IMG/VR virus record: IMGVR_UViG_3300047157_000152
Location: 3,725-67,724 of that record
Strand: one strand, 5' to 3'
Origin: a virus
Length of the DNA: 64,000 nt
How positions within the stretch are numbered: the first letter of the stretch is position 1; the number at the start of each line of letters is the position of its first letter. The notes under the pieces are model-generated. The model was not told the origin of the DNA, did not search any database, and worked only from the letters and a program-made list of their open reading frames with translations. Below, piece by piece: positions 28,696-39,410 of this stretch. Position numbers and translations under genes: made by a program.

Positions 28696-28989
28696 ATGGC
28701 AAAATTTATTTCATTAAGTTCATCTGCTGCTGGTTTAGACAGTGGTGAACACTTAGTAAACGTAGATGATATTATCTATGTAGATCAAACTCAAGCAGTA
28801 ACAACTTTAATTTATTTAAATTCAGGAGCTGGTGGAGCGGATTTAATCACACTTACGCACACTTCAACTGGAACTGTTCCTTCAGTAAGAGACAAAATTA
28901 ATTATGCATTAACTGCTAACCCAGGTGGTGTAAAAGCTAAAGTACAACTTCCTTCTGGAATTAGTATTTCAGGAATTGCAATTGCATAA
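28696..28989 (+). CDS. Hypothetical (possible virion) protein
   Basis: ORF track. Confidence 0.65.
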   Translation: MAKFISLSSSAAGLDSGEHLVNVDDIIYVDQTQAVTTLIYLNSGAGGADLITLTHTSTGTVPSVRDKINYALTANPGGVKAKVQLPSGISISGIAIA

Positions 28990-29141
28990 TGAAATCTAGA
29001 GGCTTAGGTGATAGAATAGAAGATTTCACTAAGGCAACTGGTATTAAAAAAGTTGTTGATTCAGTGTCACAGGGTTTAAACATACCCTGTGGCTGTCAAC
29101 AGCGTAAAAAACAACTTAATAAAATGTTTCCTGGAAAATAA
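28989..29141 (+). CDS. Small protein (GLGD...TGIK...CGC..RK..LN), 50 aa
   Basis: Manual translation; TAATG overlaps at both ends. Confidence 0.7.
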   Translation: MKSRGLGDRIEDFTKATGIKKVVDSVSQGLNIPCGCQQRKKQLNKMFPGK

Positions 29142-29449
29142 TGGCTTTTAAAATTAACCCACCATACGTTATCGACAACACTCCAATTTACAATGTAGAT
29201 TTAGAAGAAGGTGTGTTAGGAAAAGCAGATAGAAACGGAAGTATTTTAGTAAGTAAAGATATTAAAGATCCAAAACAAATTGAAGATGTTATCAATCATG
29301 AAAAAGTTCATATTGATCAAATGAAGCGAGGTGATTTGGATTATGATGACAGTGCGGTTTACTGGAGAGGTAAACGCTACTCAAGAGCACAAATGCAGGA
29401 GGGTGCTAAAAATCTTCCTTGGGAAAAAGAAGCTTATGCCAGATCCTAA
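29141..29449 (+). CDS. Small zincin-like metalloprotease
   Basis: HEKVH (HEXXH) plus downstream PWEKEA third-ligand motif. Confidence 0.7.
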   Translation: MAFKINPPYVIDNTPIYNVDLEEGVLGKADRNGSILVSKDIKDPKQIEDVINHEKVHIDQMKRGDLDYDDSAVYWRGKRYSRAQMQEGAKNLPWEKEAYARS

Positions 29450-29897
29450 AAAAAAATTTAAAGACACAACAGTAGGTAAACTATTGTTTGGTGCTGCGTC
29501 ATTAGTTAACCCTGCGTTAGGTAGTGTACTAAGCGGTGTGACTTCACCAGCTGAAGCTATTGCTGCTATAGGTAAATCCGATGTAAGTGGTGAAGACAAA
29601 ATAAAATTACAACAACTTATATTCGAACAACAAAATAAAGAAATGGAAGCCGTCACATCAAGGTGGCAAGCTGATTCAATGTCAGATTCATGGCTTTCTA
29701 AAAACGTACGCCCTATGGTTTTAGTGTGGTGTATTGTTATATTTTCAATAGCAGGATTATTAGATAGTGTAGAGTCTATACCGTTTCACATAGGTGAATT
29801 ATGGAATGATACATTTGAAAAAGTAATGATGGCTGTTGTTCTAGCATATTTTGGTGGACGCACGACAGAAAAGGCTACAAGTTTATTTAAAAAATAA
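29436..29897 (+). CDS. Holin, 3-TM (GTA-holin-like)
   Basis: RW.AD..SDSWLSKNVRP followed by TM helices and AYFGGR..EK; start reassigned to MPDPK at 29436. Confidence 0.75.
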   Translation: MPDPKKKFKDTTVGKLLFGAASLVNPALGSVLSGVTSPAEAIAAIGKSDVSGEDKIKLQQLIFEQQNKEMEAVTSRWQADSMSDSWLSKNVRPMVLVWCIVIFSIAGLLDSVESIPFHIGELWNDTFEKVMMAVVLAYFGGRTTEKATSLFKK

Positions 29898-29950
29898 ATA
29901 AAACCTGTAACTATATTAATAAATAATTAATCAATTAAATTAAATTAAAA

Positions 29951-30193
29951 ATGGAAATTAAAAAAGACCAATTAGAAAAAATCCAAGGCTTTCAAAAAGA
30001 CTTAAACAAATTGTTAAACGAAGTAGGATTTTTAGAAGCCCAAAAAACCGCGGTATTATCTAAGTTTCACGAAGTCAACAAAGAAACTGAAGACTTTAAA
30101 AAGGAACTTGAAGAAGAGTACGGATCGATTAACATCAATCTTGAAGACGGTACTTACACTCCTATCGAAAAAGAAGAAGACAAGAAGGAGTAA
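29951..30193 (+). CDS. Hypothetical coiled-coil protein
   Basis: ORF track; ELEEEYG.ININL.DG. Confidence 0.7.
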   Translation: MEIKKDQLEKIQGFQKDLNKLLNEVGFLEAQKTAVLSKFHEVNKETEDFKKELEEEYGSININLEDGTYTPIEKEEDKKE

Positions 30194-30420
30194 TGTCATC
30201 TGTTATTAGAAAGATCAGCATCGGTTCTGATTACAAAACTGACGCGATGCATTATTCTTTGACTCAGTCAGTATATGGAGGTCACACTATATCTCATATA
30301 CTCTTTGATGCAGAAGATAATTCTTATAACATTTACATTAAAAAAAACAACGAGGTATTGCCATGGAAAAAGTTTAACTCTAACATGGCAATCTCCGTTG
30401 AATATGATTTAGAATACTAA
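30193..30420 (+). CDS. Hypothetical protein
   Basis: ORF track. Confidence 0.7.
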   Translation: MSSVIRKISIGSDYKTDAMHYSLTQSVYGGHTISHILFDAEDNSYNIYIKKNNEVLPWKKFNSNMAISVEYDLEY

Positions 30421-31026
30421 ATGAAAAGTATATTTGACTTTATCGTTGAGCCTGCTGGCCAGCGATATAATAATGAAGTTAAAGTAGGTGACAAAAGCCT
30501 TATAATTAACACTCAGTCAGAAAGTTTTAAATCAGTAAATAATATAGCTAGAGTTATAGCAACACCAAAAGCATACAAAACACCTATTAAAGCTGGTGAT
30601 TTAATTATGATACATCATAATGTGTTTAGAAGGTTTTACGATATACGTGGTGAAGAAAAAAACAGTAGATCATATTTTAAAGATGGTTTATATTTTGTTC
30701 AATTAAATCAAGTGTATTTATATAAATCTGATGAAAAGTGGAAAGCTTTTGGCAATAGATGCTTTATAAGCCCAATTCATAACAATGATGATATAGACGC
30801 TAATTTAGAAGAACGCCTTGTTGGTATATTAAAATATGGCAATAGTTCATTAGAAGCGTTAAAAATCAACGAGGGAGACCTTGTAGGTTATTCACCGTTT
30901 GGTGAGTTTGACTTTGTAGTTGATGGCAAGCGTCTTTATTGTATGAAATCAAATGATATTGTAATTAAATATGAACGTCAAGGAAACGAAACAGAATATA
31001 ATCCTAGCTGGGCACATAGCAGTTGA
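30421..31026 (+). CDS. Tandem GroES-like domain protein
   Basis: Two repeats of V.A.P..IK.GD.I / I.EGD.V.Y....EF.VDG..LY.M...DI. Confidence 0.6.
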   Translation: MKSIFDFIVEPAGQRYNNEVKVGDKSLIINTQSESFKSVNNIARVIATPKAYKTPIKAGDLIMIHHNVFRRFYDIRGEEKNSRSYFKDGLYFVQLNQVYLYKSDEKWKAFGNRCFISPIHNNDDIDANLEERLVGILKYGNSSLEALKINEGDLVGYSPFGEFDFVVDGKRLYCMKSNDIVIKYERQGNETEYNPSWAHSS

Positions 31027-31246
31027 GGAACTTATTAAGGTAGCAAAAGAAGCTATAGTTGATTCTGATGATGATATATCAGCTGATAGATTAAAAAATG
31101 CTGCTGCAACTAAAAAATTAGCTATATTTGATGCTTTTGAAATACTTAACCGTATTAAAGAAGAGGAAGATATGTTAAACGAAAAACCAAAAGAAGAAAA
31201 GAAAACTGAAGCTTTTGGAGGTTTTGCAGAAAGAAGATCTAAGTAA
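30971..31246 (+). CDS. Putative terminase small subunit
   Basis: Helical 91-aa ORF immediately before terL. Confidence 0.5.
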   Translation: MNVKETKQNIILAGHIAVEELIKVAKEAIVDSDDDISADRLKNAAATKKLAIFDAFEILNRIKEEEDMLNEKPKEEKKTEAFGGFAERRSK

Positions 31247-33450
31247 TGTATAAGCAAACGTTATATAAAGTAATTGATCACATAAAACCACATGTAATAA
31301 AAAGATTAAATAAATCTAAGAAGTGGGATTATGGTTATAATAAAGAACACGATGTTATTGTTATATCTAAAACTGGTCAAATAGGTGAAGTATACGAAAT
31401 ACAAAACTTAAAAATAGCATTACCAAAAGAAAACGAAGTTTTCACTGAAGCTGACAAGTGGCAAACCCACGAATACCCTAAAGCTTTAAAAAAAATTAAA
31501 ACAATATTTGATTGGAAACAATATCCAGATGATTTTAAAGAAAAATGGTATGCATATATTGATAGAGAATTTGCCAGGCGCCACGAAGGTTATTGGTTTA
31601 ATAACAAGGGTAAAGCTACTTATATTACTGGTACTCATTACATGTACCTGCAGTGGTCCAAGATTGATGTTGGGCAAGCAGACTTTCGAGAAGCAAACAG
31701 ATTATTCTATATATTCTGGGAAGCTTGCAAAGCAGATACGCGTTGCTACGGAATGTGCTACCTCAAAAACAGACGGTCTGGTTTTTCATTCATGGCATCT
31801 GGCGAAACAGTCAACCTTGCCACTATCTCTAGTGATGCTAGATACGGTGTCCTTTCAAAATCAGGGGCTGATGCGAAGAAAATGTTTACCGATAAAATCG
31901 TACCCATTTCCGTCAATTACCCGTTTTTCTTCAAGCCAATTCAAGACGGTATGGATCGGCCAAAAACAGAACTTGCATACAGAGTTCCTGCTAGTAGATT
32001 TACAAGACGTAAACTAGATAGTAACGAGCAATTAGAAGAACTAGAAGGATTAGATACAACTATTGACTGGAAAAATACAGGAGATAACAGTTATGATGGT
32101 GAAAAATTAAAACTACTTGTACACGATGAATCTGGTAAGTGGGAAAAACCTGACAATATATTAAATAACTGGAGGGTTACAAAAACTTGTTTACGATTAG
32201 GTTCTAGAATTATAGGTAAGTGTATGATGGGTTCAACGTCAAATGCTTTAGACAAAGGAGGTAGAAATTATAAAAAATTATATGATGACTCAGACGTTAC
32301 CAGAAGAAACCGCAACGGGCAGACTAGCTCGGGATTATATAGCTTGTTCATTCCTATGGAGTGGAATTACGAAGGATACATTGATTCTTATGGATTACCT
32401 GTCTTCGAGACACCGGAAGAACCTAAAAAAGGGCCAGATGGTTTCCCCATTGAAATCGGTGTTATCGAGCACTGGGAAAATGAAGTAGATGGTCTTAAGA
32501 ACGATCCTGATGCGCTTAATGAATTATATAGACAGTTTCCACGTACAGAGAAACATGCGTTTAGAGATGAAACAAAACAATCACTATTTAATCTTACAAA
32601 GATCTATGAACAAATAGATTATAATGAAGATTTAAAACATTCTAATGTTGTTACACAGGGTAATTTTATGTGGGAAGGTGGGATTAAAGATACAAGCGTT
32701 CAGTTTGTTCCTAGTAAACAAGGTAGATTTATAGTATCTTGGGTTCCAGATGTTCAACAGCAAAATAGATTTATTATTAAAAATGGTATGAAGTATCCTG
32801 CTAATGAGCATATGGGTGCTTTTGGTTGTGACTCATATGATATATCGGGAACAGTAGATGGTAGAGGTTCTAAAGGTGCATTACACGGTTTAACTAAGTT
32901 TACTATGGATACTTGTCCACCTAACTTATTTTTTTTAGAATATATAGCTAGACCACAAACTGCTGAAACATTTTTTGAAGATGTGCTTATGGCTTTACAT
33001 TTTTATGGTATGCCAATACTTGCTGAGAATAATAAACCTAGATTATTATATCATTTAAAAAGAAGAGGTTATAGAGGTTACTCTATGAACAGGCCAGATA
33101 AAACAGCATATAAATTATCTATAACGGAAAAAGAAATAGGTGGTATACCGAATTCAAGTGAAGACGTTAAACAAGCCCATGCTGCGGCTATTGAATCTTA
33201 TATTGAAATGTTTGTAGGATATAACAATGAGCAGTACGGTACTATGTATTTTCAAAGAACATTAGAAGACTGGGCTGCATTTGATATAAATAAAAGAACA
33301 AAACATGATGCATCTATAAGCTCTGGCTTAGCTATCATGGCTTGCAATAAAAATAAATATAGACCTATACCTGAACATATAAAAGAAAAAGTAAGTTTAA
33401 GTTTTTCTAAATATGACAACAAGGGTTCAAAATCAAAAATAATTAATTAG
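31246..33450 (+). CDS. Terminase large subunit
   Basis: KNRRSGFS Walker A, LLVHDESGK Walker B, GSTSN motif III, GCDSYD and HDA nuclease motifs. Confidence 0.92.
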   Translation: MYKQTLYKVIDHIKPHVIKRLNKSKKWDYGYNKEHDVIVISKTGQIGEVYEIQNLKIALPKENEVFTEADKWQTHEYPKALKKIKTIFDWKQYPDDFKEKWYAYIDREFARRHEGYWFNNKGKATYITGTHYMYLQWSKIDVGQADFREANRLFYIFWEACKADTRCYGMCYLKNRRSGFSFMASGETVNLATISSDARYGVLSKSGADAKKMFTDKIVPISVNYPFFFKPIQDGMDRPKTELAYRVPASRFTRRKLDSNEQLEELEGLDTTIDWKNTGDNSYDGEKLKLLVHDESGKWEKPDNILNNWRVTKTCLRLGSRIIGKCMMGSTSNALDKGGRNYKKLYDDSDVTRRNRNGQTSSGLYSLFIPMEWNYEGYIDSYGLPVFETPEEPKKGPDGFPIEIGVIEHWENEVDGLKNDPDALNELYRQFPRTEKHAFRDETKQSLFNLTKIYEQIDYNEDLKHSNVVTQGNFMWEGGIKDTSVQFVPSKQGRFIVSWVPDVQQQNRFIIKNGMKYPANEHMGAFGCDSYDISGTVDGRGSKGALHGLTKFTMDTCPPNLFFLEYIARPQTAETFFEDVLMALHFYGMPILAENNKPRLLYHLKRRGYRGYSMNRPDKTAYKLSITEKEIGGIPNSSEDVKQAHAAAIESYIEMFVGYNNEQYGTMYFQRTLEDWAAFDINKRTKHDASISSGLAIMACNKNKYRPIPEHIKEKVSLSFSKYDNKGSKSKIIN

Positions 33451-35832
33451 ATGATTAATACGAGTACTAATAGTTCCTTTCCGAGTCAGGTGGTACCTCT
33501 CGCGGAAAAGCTTAGTTGGGAATATGGTTTGCAAGTAGCGCAAGCTATTGAACATGAATGGTTTAGAGGTGGTAGAGTCAACGGCACAAGATGGCAAAAA
33601 GGATTTCAAAACTTCAATAGATTAAGATTATATGCTAGAGGTGAACAGCCTGTGCAAAAATATAAAGATGAGTTATCAATTAATGGTGATTTATCTTATT
33701 TAAACTTAGACTGGAAACCAGTACCTATTATACCTAAGTTTGTTGATATTGTTGTAAATGGTATATCATCTAAAAAATATGACATAAAAGCATACGCTCA
33801 AGATCCGTTTTCACAAAAACAAAGAACAAATTATGCCTCATCTATATTAAGAGATATGTTATCCAAGCCTTTACTTGATAGTATAAAACAAAATTTAGGT
33901 GTAGACGTTTACAATGTAGTTGATCCGGCTAATTTACCTCAGTCAAAAGAAGAGTTAGAAGTGCATATGCAATTAAACTATAAACAATCTGTAGAAATTG
34001 CTGAAGAAGAAGTTATTAATAATGTATTAGATTTTAACAAATACGAATTAATTAACAAAAGAGTTATAGAAGATATAGTTACAGTTGGTATTGGAGCTGT
34101 AAAAACTAGTTTTAATAAAGCTGAAGGTGTTACAATAGATTATGTAAATCCTTCTAATTTAGTTTATTCATATACTAATGATCCTAATTTTCAGGATTTA
34201 TATTATGTAGGCGAAATTAAATCAATTACAATACCTGAGCTAAAAAAAGAATTTCCTCAATTAACTAATGAAGAGCTTGCTACGATTCAAAAATACCCTG
34301 GCAGAGAAGGTTATATGCGTAATCGTAACAATGATAACGACTTAGTACAAGTGGTATACTTTGAATATAAGTCTTACATGGATCAAGTCTTTAAAGTTAA
34401 AAACACAGATAATGGTTTAGAAAAAGTATTAGAAAAACCTGATACATTTAACCCGCCACAAAGCGATAACTTTGACAGAGTGTCTAGAACAATAGAAGTT
34501 TTATTTACAGGTGCTAAGGTTATGGGTGTTGAACAAATGCTTAAATGGGAAATGTCAGAAAACATGACAAGACCTAAAAGTGATTTAACCAAGGTTAATA
34601 TGAACTACAACATTGTAGCACCTCATATGTATCAAGGCCGTGTAGATTCACTTGTAGGGCGTATAACTGGTTTTGCTGATATGATACAGCTTACATCACT
34701 TAAATTGCAACAGGTGATTGCTAGAATGGTTCCAGACGGTGTGTTTGTAGATGTTGATGGTTTGTCTGAAGTTGATTTAGGTAATGGAACTAATTATAAT
34801 CCACAAGAAGCATTAAACATGTACTTTCAAACTGGTAGTATAGTTGGTAGATCGCTAACACAAGATGGTGATCCTAACAGAGGTAAAGTGCCAATACAAG
34901 AATTACAAACGTCTAGCGCTAACGGTAAAATACAATCATTAATAAATACTTATCAGTATTATTTACAAATGATAAGAGATGTAACGGGATTAAACGAAGC
35001 TAGAGATGGTAGCTTACCAGATAAGGACTCATTAGTCGGTTTACAAAAAATGGCTGCCAACGCTTCAAACATAGCTACTAAGCATATTTTAAATGGCAGT
35101 TTGTATTTAACTCTTAGAACTTGTGAAAACATATCACTAAGAATAGCGGACATGCTTGATTTTGATTTGACTAATAGTGCTTTAAAGTCTAGTATAGGTA
35201 AGTTTAATGTTGCTACCCTACATGAAGTGGACGATTTACATCTTTATGATTTTGGTATATACATGGAGTTAGAACCTGAAGAAGAAGAAAAGGCGATGTT
35301 AGAGCAAAACATACAAATGGCTTTGCAACAAAATCAAATATACCTTGAAGATGCTATTGATATTAGAGAAATAAGAAATCTAACTTTAGCAAATCAAGTT
35401 TTAAAATACAAAAGAGTCAAAAAGCAACAAGCTGATCAACAAGCTCAAATGGCTAATATTGCTGCACAAGCAGATTCAAACGCAGAAGCTTCTGAAAGAT
35501 CTGCAATGAATGATGTGCAAAAAGCAGAGGCTTTAGCACAAACAGAAACACAAATAGAACAATCAAAATCTCAGTTTGAAATACAAAGAATGCAAGCTGA
35601 AAATCAACTTAAACTTCAGTTGATGGCTCAAGAATTTGAGTATAACATTAAACTAAAAGAAATGGATGTAGCTAACACATCTCAAAAAGAAGCACAAATA
35701 GAAGATCGTAAAGATAAGCGAACTAAAATTCAAGCTTCACAACAGTCTCAAATGATTAGTCAAAGACAAAACGATTCTGCTCCAACAGACTTTGAAGCAG
35801 AAGATTCATTACAACTACCATTATTATCGTAG
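33451..35832 (+). CDS. Portal protein
   Basis: Position after terL; P.IPKFVDIVV, IRDVTG.NEARDG, Q-rich C-terminal coiled coil as in crAss-like portals. Confidence 0.88.
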   Translation: MINTSTNSSFPSQVVPLAEKLSWEYGLQVAQAIEHEWFRGGRVNGTRWQKGFQNFNRLRLYARGEQPVQKYKDELSINGDLSYLNLDWKPVPIIPKFVDIVVNGISSKKYDIKAYAQDPFSQKQRTNYASSILRDMLSKPLLDSIKQNLGVDVYNVVDPANLPQSKEELEVHMQLNYKQSVEIAEEEVINNVLDFNKYELINKRVIEDIVTVGIGAVKTSFNKAEGVTIDYVNPSNLVYSYTNDPNFQDLYYVGEIKSITIPELKKEFPQLTNEELATIQKYPGREGYMRNRNNDNDLVQVVYFEYKSYMDQVFKVKNTDNGLEKVLEKPDTFNPPQSDNFDRVSRTIEVLFTGAKVMGVEQMLKWEMSENMTRPKSDLTKVNMNYNIVAPHMYQGRVDSLVGRITGFADMIQLTSLKLQQVIARMVPDGVFVDVDGLSEVDLGNGTNYNPQEALNMYFQTGSIVGRSLTQDGDPNRGKVPIQELQTSSANGKIQSLINTYQYYLQMIRDVTGLNEARDGSLPDKDSLVGLQKMAANASNIATKHILNGSLYLTLRTCENISLRIADMLDFDLTNSALKSSIGKFNVATLHEVDDLHLYDFGIYMELEPEEEEKAMLEQNIQMALQQNQIYLEDAIDIREIRNLTLANQVLKYKRVKKQQADQQAQMANIAAQADSNAEASERSAMNDVQKAEALAQTETQIEQSKSQFEIQRMQAENQLKLQLMAQEFEYNIKLKEMDVANTSQKEAQIEDRKDKRTKIQASQQSQMISQRQNDSAPTDFEAEDSLQLPLLS

Positions 35833-35861
35833 TTATTTATTAATTTTTATATTATTTTATT

Positions 35862-37043
35862 ATGTCAGAAACAAAAGAAAAAGCTGGAAAGCTTAAGGTG
35901 AAAGCTAAAATTCTTAAACCTAAAAATTTATCAAATAGTGATGAACCTATAAAAATAGATTTATCAAAACCTAAAACAGAAGAACAAGATGCCATTCAAG
36001 TCGGAGAAACAAAGGAAATACCTGTGGTTGAAACATCCGGAGATAGCGAGAAAGTGGGAGAACAAGTACAAGAGCCCAGTCCGATTGCTGAAGTTCAAGA
36101 AGAAAAACCTGTAATTGAAGAGGTTAAAGAAGAAGAAGATGAGGTTATTTCAATAGGTGAAAAAATGGAACCACAAGCGGAATTAAAAGCTGAGGAACCA
36201 CAAGCCACAAAACAAGATATTAATTTACCTGAAAACATTGAAAAAGTCATAGACTTTATGAAAGAAACAGGTGGAACATTAGAAGATTATGTTAGATTAA
36301 ATGCTGACTATTCTAATGTAGATAGTGATACATTATTAAGAGAGTATTACAAACAGACTAAATCTCACTTAGATTCAGAAGAGATTAGCTTCTTATTAGA
36401 AGATAATTTTGAGTTTGATGAAGAGTTAGATGAAGCAAGAGATATTCGAAAGAAGAAACTTGCATACAAAGAAGAGGTTGCAAAAGCCCGTAAGCATTTG
36501 GATGGTTTAAAGAGTCAATATTACGACGAAATCAAGTTGAGACCCGGAGTAACTCAAGAGCAAAAAAAAGCTATGGATTTTTTCAATCGCTACAACGAAG
36601 AGCAAGGTGTAGCAGAGCAACAACATGAAGTATTTAGAAATACTACTAAAGATTATTTTACCAAAGAATTCAAAGGTTTTGATTTTAGCGTAGGAGATAA
36701 AAAATTTAGGTACGGTATTAAAAATCCTAGTGAAGTTGCAGATAGTCAATCAAACATCAGTAATATAGTTAAGAAGTTCTTAAACGATAAAGGTGATGTA
36801 ACTGATGTAAAAGGTTATCACAAAGCTATGTATGCCGCGCAACATGCAGATACTATTGCACAGCATTTTTATGAGCAAGGCAAAGCCGATGCTATTAGGA
36901 ATGTCGCTGCAAAATCAAACAACATTAGTAACGAAGCTAGAGCAAGTGCTCCAAGTGACGTGTTTGTTGGTGGATTTAAAGTTAAAAGTATAAGTGGTCT
37001 TGACTCTTCAAAATTAAAAATCAAAGCAAGAAAATTTAACTAA
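35862..37043 (+). CDS. Scaffolding-like protein
   Basis: Very acidic N-terminus, located between portal and capsid. Confidence 0.65.
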   Translation: MSETKEKAGKLKVKAKILKPKNLSNSDEPIKIDLSKPKTEEQDAIQVGETKEIPVVETSGDSEKVGEQVQEPSPIAEVQEEKPVIEEVKEEEDEVISIGEKMEPQAELKAEEPQATKQDINLPENIEKVIDFMKETGGTLEDYVRLNADYSNVDSDTLLREYYKQTKSHLDSEEISFLLEDNFEFDEELDEARDIRKKKLAYKEEVAKARKHLDGLKSQYYDEIKLRPGVTQEQKKAMDFFNRYNEEQGVAEQQHEVFRNTTKDYFTKEFKGFDFSVGDKKFRYGIKNPSEVADSQSNISNIVKKFLNDKGDVTDVKGYHKAMYAAQHADTIAQHFYEQGKADAIRNVAAKSNNISNEARASAPSDVFVGGFKVKSISGLDSSKLKIKARKFN

Positions 37044-37061
37044 AACTAAAAATTATTTATT

Positions 37062-38558
37062 ATGGGACAAATCGCTCCTGTGTTTGGAAGTATTATACCT
37101 TCTCAAACGCAATTACCGCTAGCTAACAACTATCTAGCGTTCAACACTGGTGGTGCAAATGCTAATGACTTTGCTCAACAGTATCTACCAGAAGTTTACG
37201 AAGCTGAAGTAGAAAGATATGGAAACAGAACTTTATCTGGTTTCTTAAAAATGGTTGGTGCTGAAATGCCAATGACATCTGATCAAGTTATATGGTCAGA
37301 ACAAAATAGATTACACATCTCTTACACAGGGTGTACGCTAACAGGACCTGGTGCTGGAACATTTGTTTTCAGTGTACCTACTAACGCTGCTGTTGGTGCC
37401 GCTTCTGTTAAGAATGCAATTGCTCCAAATGATACTATCGTTGTAATGAACCCAACAACGGGTGTTACATTAAAAGGTATTGTAGGTCTTGTAGCTCCAA
37501 ATGGTGCTTTAACTAACGTTACTGCTTATCCATTTACTGCTGCTAACTGGGATACTTTAGGTATTGCTGCTGCTGCAGGTGCTGCTGGACTTAAGATATT
37601 CGTTTATGGTTCTTTATTTGCTAAAGGAACTGGAAGCGGAAGTTTTTCAGTACAGCCACAATTTACTCAATACTCTAATCAACCAATCATTATCAAAGAT
37701 AGATTTGAAATCAATGGTTCTGACATGGCACAGATTGGATGGGTAGAAGTTGCTACAGAAGATGGAACATCAGGATACTTATGGTATTTAAAGTCTGAGT
37801 CTGAAACAAGATTACGTTTTGACGATTACTTAGAAATGGCAATGGTTGAAGGTGAAATAGCTGACCAAAATGGTGGTTTTGCTGTGCAGGCTGCTGCAGG
37901 CGCTGCTGGATTAGCTGGCGCAGGGTTTAATGCTGCTATAGATGCTCACGGTACTGAAGGTCTTTTCCAAGCTATCACTAACAGAGGTAATATCATGAGT
38001 GGATTCCAAGGTGCTACAGGTATTTCAGATTTCGATCAAATACTTAAAAATCTTGATACTCAAGGTGCTATTGAAGAAAACATGTTATTCTTAAATAGAG
38101 ATACAGACTTAGAGTTTGATGACATGCTAAGCCAAATTTCTGCTGGACAATCTGGTGGAACTGCTTACGGTTTATTTGAAAATTCTGAGGATATGGCTTT
38201 AAATTTAGGTTTCTCTGGTTTCAGAAGAGGTTCTTATGACTTCTACAAAACTAGCTGGAAATACTTAAATGACGCTTCAACAAGAGGTGCAGTAGCTGTA
38301 AACAATATCGATGGTGTATTAATTCCTGCGGGAACTTCTACAGTTTATGACCAAATTTTAGGTACAAACATTAGAAGACCATTTTTACACGTGAGATATA
38401 GAGCTTCTCAAGGAGATGACAGAAGATACAAAAACTGGATCACTGGTACTGCTGGTGGTGCTTACACTTCTGAAATTGACTCGATGATCGTAAACTGGTT
38501 ATCAGAGAGATGTTTAGTTACTCAAGCTGCTAATAACTTCGTGTTATTCCAAAGCTAG
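37062..38558 (+). CDS. Major capsid protein
   Basis: 498 aa, strong codon bias, after scaffold, followed by a strong terminator. Confidence 0.85.
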   Translation: MGQIAPVFGSIIPSQTQLPLANNYLAFNTGGANANDFAQQYLPEVYEAEVERYGNRTLSGFLKMVGAEMPMTSDQVIWSEQNRLHISYTGCTLTGPGAGTFVFSVPTNAAVGAASVKNAIAPNDTIVVMNPTTGVTLKGIVGLVAPNGALTNVTAYPFTAANWDTLGIAAAAGAAGLKIFVYGSLFAKGTGSGSFSVQPQFTQYSNQPIIIKDRFEINGSDMAQIGWVEVATEDGTSGYLWYLKSESETRLRFDDYLEMAMVEGEIADQNGGFAVQAAAGAAGLAGAGFNAAIDAHGTEGLFQAITNRGNIMSGFQGATGISDFDQILKNLDTQGAIEENMLFLNRDTDLEFDDMLSQISAGQSGGTAYGLFENSEDMALNLGFSGFRRGSYDFYKTSWKYLNDASTRGAVAVNNIDGVLIPAGTSTVYDQILGTNIRRPFLHVRYRASQGDDRRYKNWITGTAGGAYTSEIDSMIVNWLSERCLVTQAANNFVLFQS

Positions 38559-38567
38559 AATTACTTT

Positions 38568-38607
38568 AAAGAGTTAGGCGCTTCGGCGCCTAGCCCTTTA
38601 TTTTTTT
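38568..38607 (+). terminator. Rho-independent terminator
   Basis: GTTAGGCGC-TTCG-GCGCCTAGC hairpin plus T-run. Confidence 0.88.
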
Positions 38608-38629
38608 ATTAATTATATTATATTATATC

Positions 38630-39394
38630 ATGTCAAAGACAAAACAAATTTCAACCCCTGAATGGGAGATCAAGGATAGAACTTATTTTTTAACAAATCA
38701 AGTATCACCTTTAACATATACATTAGGAACAAGACATTCAAGACGTTATCCATTATTACATTTTGATGAAAAAAATGGAGAACAAAGAGAATTAAGATAT
38801 GCAACTAATATGAACTCACCGTTTGTAGACGAACAAAAAGGAGAGGTTACATTAGGTCATGTTATTTTTGAAGAAGGAATGTTGTTTGTACCTAAACAAA
38901 AACAAAATTTACAAAAACTACTTTCATTATACCACCCTAGAAAAGGTCATGTATATGCAGAGTTTAAACCAGAAGTTATTGCAACTGATGAAATCGATGA
39001 AATCAATTTTGAAATTGAAGCTTTACTTGCTGCTAAGCAAATGGAAGTTGATGAAGCTGAATCTGTTTTAAGAGTCGAAAAAGGATCTGCTGTAGCTACA
39101 ATGAGTTCTAAAGAAATTAAAAGAGATTTACTTTTAATGGCAAAACGAAACCCTGCAGGATTTTTAGCTATAGCTAATGATGAAAACGTTGGATTAAGAA
39201 ACGTAGGTATAAAAGCTGTAGAGCAAGGTATTGTTAAGTTATCTCAAGATCAAAGAACATTTCACTGGGGAACTAATGATAGAAAATTAATGACTATACC
39301 TTTTGACGAACAACCATACTCAGCGTTAGCTGCTTGGTTTAAAACTGATGAAGGCGTAGAAGTTTTTAAAACAATCAATAAAAAGTTACAATAA
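38630..39394 (+). CDS. Hypothetical protein downstream of capsid gene
   Basis: ORF track, 254 aa. Confidence 0.75.
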   Translation: MSKTKQISTPEWEIKDRTYFLTNQVSPLTYTLGTRHSRRYPLLHFDEKNGEQRELRYATNMNSPFVDEQKGEVTLGHVIFEEGMLFVPKQKQNLQKLLSLYHPRKGHVYAEFKPEVIATDEIDEINFEIEALLAAKQMEVDEAESVLRVEKGSAVATMSSKEIKRDLLLMAKRNPAGFLAIANDENVGLRNVGIKAVEQGIVKLSQDQRTFHWGTNDRKLMTIPFDEQPYSALAAWFKTDEGVEVFKTINKKLQ

Positions 39395-39410
39395 TATGTA
39401 ACTATAATTA

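Noticed and set aside
31486-34592. Alternative-frame ORFs or introns/inteins in terminase and portal
   Set aside because: Main ORFs are continuous and of expected size; no intein or intron signatures seen
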